From: Raillietiella orientalis
Taxonomy: Eukaryota
DNA: 30,386 nucleotides
Direction of reading: 5' to 3'
NCBI GenBank assembly: GCA_036172245.1
Contig: JAYWIR010000051.1
Coordinates: 992,001-1,022,386, forward strand
The position numbers and the translations under genes are program-made. This document shows, one piece after another, positions 24,381 to 30,386 of the stretch. A model generated the notes under the pieces. The model saw only the letters and a program-made list of their open reading frames with translations. It was not told the origin of the DNA and ran no database searches. The first letter of the stretch is position 1. Every line of letters begins with the position of its first letter.

Positions 24381-26003
24381 ATGGAGGCGGTGGACGTCTC
24401 CACATGTGCGAGGCCGGTAGAGGCGCTGGCGGCGAGATCGGCGGAAGGGCCGAACGCAGCGTGCGCGGGAGCGGCGTCCCCTGCAACGCTCGTTGCGACG
24501 CCCGTATCGATCCGCCCTGCGTCGTACGCGGCGGCAGCAGCGGCGGCGCCACCTGGCGGTTGGAATGCGGCGGCGGTGAAATCGGTCGGTTTTCCGGGAG
24601 TGCCTCCGGCAAAACCGAGGATCCCTGTCCAACCAACACGGTACATCCTGGACGACGAGGATGAGCCTATACTCGTCCTGCCGGCAGATGTCAAGCCGGT
24701 AGTTTTTAACTGCGGTCCCCTTCGTTTGGCAAACGTGAAGGACATTTACATCGCCCTTCATCAGAAAAACGTCGATATGGACGTAGTTCAGGCCGTGATT
24801 CCGTGTGGGAACGGTTTCACCATTTACACGTCGTGCGATCCCCTCATCGAGGCACTTTGCGATCACGGCTTGACCATCAGTGGGAAGCTATTCCGTGGAG
24901 TAGGAGAAACCTCCACGACGACAGTGTACCTGAAAGGGGTTGACTTTCACACCAGCAAGAAAGTCATCAAGAACTTCCTGTCGCAGTACGGGGAAGTCCA
25001 CCATCTGGAGATACGGAACCAGTTTGGTGAGATCTTCTCCGGAGAAGGATTTGCCAAGATGCGCCTGTACGAAAATGCGCAGATGCCTGGCGTGGCTTAC
25101 ATCGACGCGTATTCGCAATCGGTGATGTTCAAATACAGGCAACAACCTGTATTTTGCGCTGGCTGCAAGACGTTTGGGCACCGCATCGGAGCATGCCCTA
25201 GGGCTCAATGTCACCGATGCGGCCAGCGAGGACACTTCTTCCGGGAGTGCAACCAGCCCATAAAGTGCTACTTCTGCGGCTTGTCTGGTCATTCGAAGAA
25301 GGAATGCAGGCGATACGCCGCATGGAGGGACGCACAGGGGCTGCCACCATTAACGGTGGAACCGCAAGTGCAAACGGAAGAGGAGAAGAAGACTCCTTCG
25401 GCCGAGGTGACTGCCAGGAAGGCGGCAGAACTCACCGAAGGGAAAAAGAAGCCCGCAAAGGGGAAGAGAAAGACAGCACCACAACCTTCTGTGGAAGCGC
25501 CGGCGGAAGAGGCCGAGCCAGCCAAGGAAGCGGTGGAAATACAAGCTGCAGAGTTGGCGGAAGTTGCCAACGTAACAGCAGAAGTGCAAGAAGTCGCGAA
25601 AATCGTGCAGGAAGCAGTAACCAGAGAAGCGAAGGCAGAAGCTCTGGAACGCATCAGCCGGGTGGAGGCCTCCATCAACGAGCGCGTTCCAGACGCGGCC
25701 AAACGCTTCCAATTGGAAGAAAGGATGCTGGAAGTGAAACAGCGCTTCGCCAGAGGGGAGCTTGAGGATCTGCAATATGCAGTCCCTCGAAGCGTCCTTA
25801 ATGAAACGAGGCACTCAATCGCAGACAGCACCGACTACGTCGGGTCAGAAAGCGACGTAGGAGATCAGCGAGACGCAAAGGGGGGACGACAACGTCTCCC
25901 AAGAAGAAGAAGAGCAAGAGGAAGAGCAGGTCCTCCAACTAGTCCCCTATGGCCACCTTCCTGTCGACTGTCAGGAGCATCAACATCACCTCCTGGAACG
26001 TGA
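24381..26003 (+). CDS. Retrotransposon ORF1, gag-like nucleic-acid-binding protein (~540 aa) with three CCHC zinc knuckles
   Basis: First ATG after U1 is at 24381, in frame with ORF 24261..26003. Knuckles CAGCKTFGHRIGAC, CHRCGQRGHFFREC and CYFCGLSGHSKKEC. SYAAAA motif near the N-terminus, a TVYLKGV RRM-like region and an E/A/K-rich tail. Confidence 0.93.
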   Translation: MEAVDVSTCARPVEALAARSAEGPNAACAGAASPATLVATPVSIRPASYAAAAAAAPPGGWNAAAVKSVGFPGVPPAKPRIPVQPTRYILDDEDEPILVLPADVKPVVFNCGPLRLANVKDIYIALHQKNVDMDVVQAVIPCGNGFTIYTSCDPLIEALCDHGLTISGKLFRGVGETSTTTVYLKGVDFHTSKKVIKNFLSQYGEVHHLEIRNQFGEIFSGEGFAKMRLYENAQMPGVAYIDAYSQSVMFKYRQQPVFCAGCKTFGHRIGACPRAQCHRCGQRGHFFRECNQPIKCYFCGLSGHSKKECRRYAAWRDAQGLPPLTVEPQVQTEEEKKTPSAEVTARKAAELTEGKKKPAKGKRKTAPQPSVEAPAEEAEPAKEAVEIQAAELAEVANVTAEVQEVAKIVQEAVTREAKAEALERISRVEASINERVPDAAKRFQLEERMLEVKQRFARGELEDLQYAVPRSVLNETRHSIADSTDYVGSESDVGDQRDAKGGRQRLPRRRRARGRAGPPTSPLWPPSCRLSGASTSPPGT

Positions 26004-29000
26004 ATGGATTGTGGAACCCGGAGAAGAGACGGATGGTCACGCGGACCATCGAGCGTGACCACATCGTGTGCCTTCAGGAAACCCACGAGCTCGAACATCA
26101 GACCATCTTGGAGCTGGAACGACGACTGGACGCCCAGCTGTTCGTGAGCCCGGGCCAGAAAAGGACCAAAAGCGTGGCGATGCTCGTGAAGAACGAGATC
26201 GCACACACCATCCTGGAAACCTTTTCACCTTGGCCCGGCCGAATCGTCGCAGTGAGGATGTCCTGGTCCGGAAACGTTCACCTGTACTTGGTGAACGTGT
26301 ACGGGCCACACCGTGGAAAACATCGCTGCGCGGAGGCCGTGCAGTCTCTGCTTCGCAGCAAAGCTTCGGCAAAGGACATCGTGATCGTCGTGGGTGACTT
26401 CAACATGCTGGACAAGATAACGCAGTCCAAGGATGCGCGGGGAAGAACGGCGTATCGGCGGCTGTCGGACGAGTTCGGCCTGCAATGGCTGTCTGCCGCG
26501 AGCAAGCCGATCGACCACGTCCTCTTCAGCGAAGACATCGCGACTCGTGTGCAAGGCTTCCGGGAGTCTCCATCCGTACTCTCGGATCATCCCCTGCTAC
26601 GATTCACGCTGAAAACAGAGAACCCCCGAAGAAAGGAAGGCGCGCGGGCTGCATTAGTATGCATGCCCGCATGGTTCCAGACGCATCCCTGTCACCAGGA
26701 ATTGATCGAGGCGATCCTGCGCAGCACCACCATTCGCAGGGTCGCCGACTGGGACAGGTTGAAGCGAACCATCCATCTGTTCAGTAATATGCAATACGGC
26801 GACAGGAAGATGAGGACGGAAGCGTACCGCGAGCTGGAACAGCAGCAAGATCGCTCGCTCTCGAAGTACTGGCCCCAGTACGAGAGCCGGTACGTCTTCA
26901 AGACGGTCAAAGGAGAAGTTGGAGTGCTGGAAAGGAGGAACATCGCCAGCGAAGTTTTCTCCATCCGGCACGCAGATGAAGTCAGGCACACGTCCGAAGG
27001 AATCGCGGAGGCGTTCCACCATCATTACGCCTCGCACTTCCGACGAAGACTTCTGTGCCCGACAGAACAAGAGAACATTCTGCGGTACCTGCATCCGCGT
27101 GTAAGGAAAGAACACCAGGAAAAGATGGAAGCCGAGATCTCCCCAGAGGAAATCAAGATCGCTTTCGCTGGACTGCGCAAGGATGTGGCGGCAGGTCCCG
27201 ATAGTGTTCCCATCTCGCACTATCAGCGGTACCTGCACGCCTACCTTCGCTTGTTCCACGAACTGACAAACGCCATCCAGGAAGAAGGAAGACTTCCAGC
27301 ATCGTTCCACGAGGGAAGGATGAAACTGCTGCCGAAGGGAGGCGACCTGATGGAAGTCACCCAATGGCGGCCGATCACCATCCTGAACACGGATGCCAAG
27401 TGGCTGGCGAAGGTCTGGGCCAACCGCTTAAGAATGGCGATGCCATCCGTCGTGTCTGCTACGCAGACATGCGCGGTGCCCGGACGAAGCATGACTGCGA
27501 ACGTGAAGTGCGCCCTGGCCACCATCGGTTATTGCCGATACGTGGGCGAAGACCTGGTGCTTGGGCTCACGGATATGGAGAAGGCGTTCGACACCGTGGA
27601 CCACTCGATGCTGCTGAAGATCTTGAGGAAACTGGGCTTCCCAAGCATCTTCATGCATTACCTGGAATGGACCCTGGCGGAGCAAATCGTGAAGATCAGG
27701 ATCAACGGACTTGAGACGGCAGCAATTCGGATGGAAAGGGGTGTCCGCCAAGGTGACGCCCTGAGCCCGATGCTGTTCGTGCTGTACATGGAGGCGGTGT
27801 CCGCGATTATAGATCGGGGCAGCCGCCTCCAAGGAATAAAAATCGACAGCCAGCAGCTGACACACCTTGCGTATGCGGACGATCTGCTGTTCTTCCTGAA
27901 GGACGAACGTGATCAAGAAGCATTCCTAGGTGTTGTCAAGCAGATGGAAAATGGACTAGGACTCAAGATCAACTGCCAGAAGAGCCACCTGCTGCCAATC
28001 GGGATCATGGACCTCTCAGTACTTCAAGAGGCCGGATTCCGAGCGGCTGACACCGTCAAGTACCTGGGTATCCGCCTCGGCGAAGAGACTGCGTCTCGCT
28101 GCCTGTGGCAGGAGATCCTGGGTAAGGTCACCGACGAAGCCACCAAGTACACCAGAGTCGACTTCAACATGAAGCGGAGGGCTGCCTTGTGGAACGGAGT
28201 GCTCCTTCCCAAGGTTCTCTACGGAGCAGCCTTCTGCCGAATGGACAAGAAAACAAAGGAAGAACTGGAAAGGCTACAAAGAAAGATCCTCTGGCGGGAG
28301 TATAGACCCAGGGTACGGCTGAAACTTCTGTGCCGCCCACGCGAACACGGTGGGACCGGGATGAAGCTGCTGCAACACTCCGTGGAATGCATGGATGCGC
28401 GGCAGCTCCTGGATCTCACCAGAAGTTGGGAAGACTGGCCCTATGCAGCGCACCGGGCGTACTCGAAGCTGTTGAACGGCTCGAGAGGCCTGATGTCAGC
28501 GCTCATAGGTGCCACAGGACAATGGATCAACATCGACCCTACGTGGAAGCGGAAGCAGGCACTGGTGAGAACCCAAGGGTTCAAAATCGTGCCTCGCAGC
28601 TCCGAGATATGGGACGAAGAACTGGCCATGGTGATACCTCACTTGATCCCGATGCCAAGGGAGACAGTGAACTGGTTGAACCAAAGGCCTAGATTGAACA
28701 TCCGACGGTGCGAGCAGTTCGCTACCAGTGCCAGCCGGCACCAACTGCGACTGCATCGCCTGACCACGACCTTGAGGGGTGGTTTCAATCATCGCACCCG
28801 GGAACTTTGGAAAGAGCAGCCGCAGGAGTCGTGGCTGCTGATGACCAAAGATAACATCAGGGTGGAAACGGCGCGAAAACACCAAGACCTGGATGCCCTC
28901 AACGCAGCCTCGTGCCGTTACGGCCCAGCACATGCCAATGTGGTGGCCGTCGGGGCTGCACTGATGAGGAGCGACCTACCTCCGGACACTCAGGACGACC

Positions 29001-29476
29001 TCCTGTTGTTCTTCAACGGAGGCATTCTGAGTGGATCCAGATTGCGGCACTGGACCGGGAGACAACAAGATGGATTCTGTTTGGCGTGTGGGGAAGAGGA
29101 AACCCAACTCCACGTACTCACCTGCCCCACGCTGCGTCCGGACTGGAAGGCGGTAAAGGCGGTGACGTGCCTGCAGAGGAAGACTGCGATGCAGATCCTG
29201 TGGGGATTGTTTCAGGGGACAGGAGTGGTTCCCCTGTACAATCCGATGGTTTTGACGACGCTGGCCCTCTTCATCACAGCCATTGTGATAAGAAGGGCCA
29301 AGATGTACACACAGCGACGACAAGTGCCGGCTTGGGACATTCTCAGCGGCCTTGTTCGGAAGGAAATCGGGATTAGGAGTTGCGGAAGAATCGCCGCCTG
29401 GACGTACCGTTACATCTTGATGAAGATGGTCGAGTACTCCCAGGCACAAAGGACGATCCCACCCTCCGCCCCTTAA
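25949..29476 (+). CDS. Retrotransposon ORF2: AP endonuclease, reverse transcriptase and C-terminal zinc finger (1175 aa)
   Basis: APE motifs SWNVNG, CLQETH, VNVYGP, VGDFN, IDHV, SDHP. RT motifs GPD, WRPITILNTDAK, DMEKAFDTVDH, GVRQGDALSPMLF, YADD, KYLG. C-terminal CLACGEEETQLHVLTC. Confidence 0.97.
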   Translation: MATFLSTVRSINITSWNVNGLWNPEKRRMVTRTIERDHIVCLQETHELEHQTILELERRLDAQLFVSPGQKRTKSVAMLVKNEIAHTILETFSPWPGRIVAVRMSWSGNVHLYLVNVYGPHRGKHRCAEAVQSLLRSKASAKDIVIVVGDFNMLDKITQSKDARGRTAYRRLSDEFGLQWLSAASKPIDHVLFSEDIATRVQGFRESPSVLSDHPLLRFTLKTENPRRKEGARAALVCMPAWFQTHPCHQELIEAILRSTTIRRVADWDRLKRTIHLFSNMQYGDRKMRTEAYRELEQQQDRSLSKYWPQYESRYVFKTVKGEVGVLERRNIASEVFSIRHADEVRHTSEGIAEAFHHHYASHFRRRLLCPTEQENILRYLHPRVRKEHQEKMEAEISPEEIKIAFAGLRKDVAAGPDSVPISHYQRYLHAYLRLFHELTNAIQEEGRLPASFHEGRMKLLPKGGDLMEVTQWRPITILNTDAKWLAKVWANRLRMAMPSVVSATQTCAVPGRSMTANVKCALATIGYCRYVGEDLVLGLTDMEKAFDTVDHSMLLKILRKLGFPSIFMHYLEWTLAEQIVKIRINGLETAAIRMERGVRQGDALSPMLFVLYMEAVSAIIDRGSRLQGIKIDSQQLTHLAYADDLLFFLKDERDQEAFLGVVKQMENGLGLKINCQKSHLLPIGIMDLSVLQEAGFRAADTVKYLGIRLGEETASRCLWQEILGKVTDEATKYTRVDFNMKRRAALWNGVLLPKVLYGAAFCRMDKKTKEELERLQRKILWREYRPRVRLKLLCRPREHGGTGMKLLQHSVECMDARQLLDLTRSWEDWPYAAHRAYSKLLNGSRGLMSALIGATGQWINIDPTWKRKQALVRTQGFKIVPRSSEIWDEELAMVIPHLIPMPRETVNWLNQRPRLNIRRCEQFATSASRHQLRLHRLTTTLRGGFNHRTRELWKEQPQESWLLMTKDNIRVETARKHQDLDALNAASCRYGPAHANVVAVGAALMRSDLPPDTQDDLLLFFNGGILSGSRLRHWTGRQQDGFCLACGEEETQLHVLTCPTLRPDWKAVKAVTCLQRKTAMQILWGLFQGTGVVPLYNPMVLTTLALFITAIVIRRAKMYTQRRQVPAWDILSGLVRKEIGIRSCGRIAAWTYRYILMKMVEYSQAQRTIPPSAP

Positions 29477-29594
29477 CCCTAGGAACACATACAGACCAAT
29501 TGTGAAAGTGAAATGTATCACGGTCATACAGACATTAAAAGTTTTAATGAATGTGAATTAGGATGATTGGAGTGAAAGGAATTTTGTTGGTTGC

Positions 29595-29628
29595 AATAAA
29601 TTCACCCCACCGCTTGTCGGACTTGGGG
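29595..29628 (+). other. Element 3' terminus: AATAAA followed by a GC hairpin, with no poly(A) tail
   Basis: AATAAA at 29595-29600, then CCCC-A-CCG[CTTGT]CGG-ACTT-GGGG at 29605-29628. U1 sequence resumes at 29632. Confidence 0.6.
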
Positions 29629-29631
29629 ACA

Positions 29632-29772
29632 ATCTTGGTCACCATGGAGATCCCTCCAGAGTGAGGCTCGATCATTGCACTGCGATTGGGCTGACCTCTG
29701 CGATAACCCCAAACGTGGGTTACTCGGAAGCATAATTTTTAGGCTGGGAGACTGCGTTCGCGCGGACTCCTG
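29632..29772 (+). pseudogene. U1: 5'-truncated U1 snRNA (nt 23-163)
   Basis: Identical by eye to 24102-24242 but lacks ATACTTACCTGGCTTCGAGGCG, which includes the 5' splice-site-pairing arm. Confidence 0.93.
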
Positions 29773-30386
29773 CGAATTTCTTCAAAGTAAGTGGTTTTTT
29801 TCGAGTGCTGTGTGGAAAGTGGTGCGACAGAAAGGGACCGTGGACTTTGCCCTACCACCCAGTGTGCGGAGGAGGACGTTGCCCCACGGGATCGGCCCCA
29901 GTGGGGGAAAATGGAGGCGATGGACGTCTCCACATGTGGGAGGCCGGTAGAGGCGCTGGCGGCGACATCGGCGGAAGGGCCGAACGCAGCGTGCGCGGGA
30001 GCGGCGTCCCCTGCAACGCTCGTTGCGACGCCCGTATCGATCCGCCCTGCGTCGTACGCGGCGGCAGCAGCGGCGGCGCCACCTGGCGGTTGGAATGCGG
30101 CGGCGGTGAAATCGGTCGGTTTTCCGGGAGTGCCTCCGGCAAAACCGAGGATCCCTGTCCAACCAACAAGGTACATCCTGGACGACGAGGATGAGCCTAT
30201 ACTCGTCTGCCGGCGTCAATAATGATGGTTTTTAACCCTACGGTCCCCTTCGTTTGCTGGCAAACGTGAAGGACATTTACATCGCCGCCCTTCATCGAAG
30301 AAAAGCGTCCCGATATGGACGTAGTTCGGGCCGTGATTCGATGTGGGAACGGTTTCACCATTTACACGTCGTGCGATCCCCTCATC
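29632..30386 (+). mobile_element. Second tandem copy of the element (U1 head, 5' UTR, start of ORF1), cut off by the window end
   Basis: Near-identical to 24102 onward, with a few substitutions up to about 30200. Several indels after that break ORF1. Confidence 0.92.

Larger units (their letters stand above)
24102..29631 (+). mobile_element. Intact Tx1/L1-type non-LTR retrotransposon; 5530-bp repeat unit that begins with U1 nt 23-163
   Basis: Two uninterrupted overlapping ORFs (gag-like and APE-RT) and a ~155-bp 3' UTR. Sequence from 24102 recurs at 29632 (offset 5530). The true 5' boundary is ambiguous between 24080/24102 and 24243. The Tx1 assignment is inferred from domain layout and target association, not from a phylogeny. 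Confidence 0.92.

Noticed and set aside
29473..29481. TTAACCCTA telomere-like word at the ORF2 stop, also near 30232
   Set aside because: Single units only, with no tandem array.
24145..29527. Numerous alternative-frame and antisense ORFs over U1 and the intact element
   Set aside because: Shadow ORFs of GC-rich coding sequence. The 24145..24420 ORF simply reads through U1.
1..30386. Prokaryotic RT system (retron, DGR, group II intron) or CRISPR array
   Set aside because: The RT is fused to an AP endonuclease with a gag-like ORF1, and it sits among spliceosomal snRNAs. No repeat-spacer array was seen.

Overview
Eukaryotic genomic DNA; the host cannot be identified from the sequence. The right half (about 15-30 kb) is a cluster of related Tx1/L1-type (APE-RT) non-LTR retrotransposons closely coupled to spliceosomal snRNA genes. 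A complete U1 snRNA (24080-24242, +) runs directly into an intact two-ORF element: ORF1 has 3 CCHC knuckles and ORF2 is APE-RT-Zn finger. That element has no poly(A) tail. Its 3' end joins U1 nt 23 onward, followed by the start of a second, nearly identical copy, giving a 5530-bp head-to-tail unit. A structurally intact U5 snRNA (about 19110-18989, -) sits in the same position at the head of a decayed relative. A third decayed relative (about 23010-20300, -) has a possible U1-like remnant at its head. U1 and U5 share a similar motif about 50 nt upstream. The left half contains part of a probable intron-containing host gene (12.2-13.8 kb), faint LINE-like remnants, diverged duplications and unexplained sequence. 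All alignments were made by eye.
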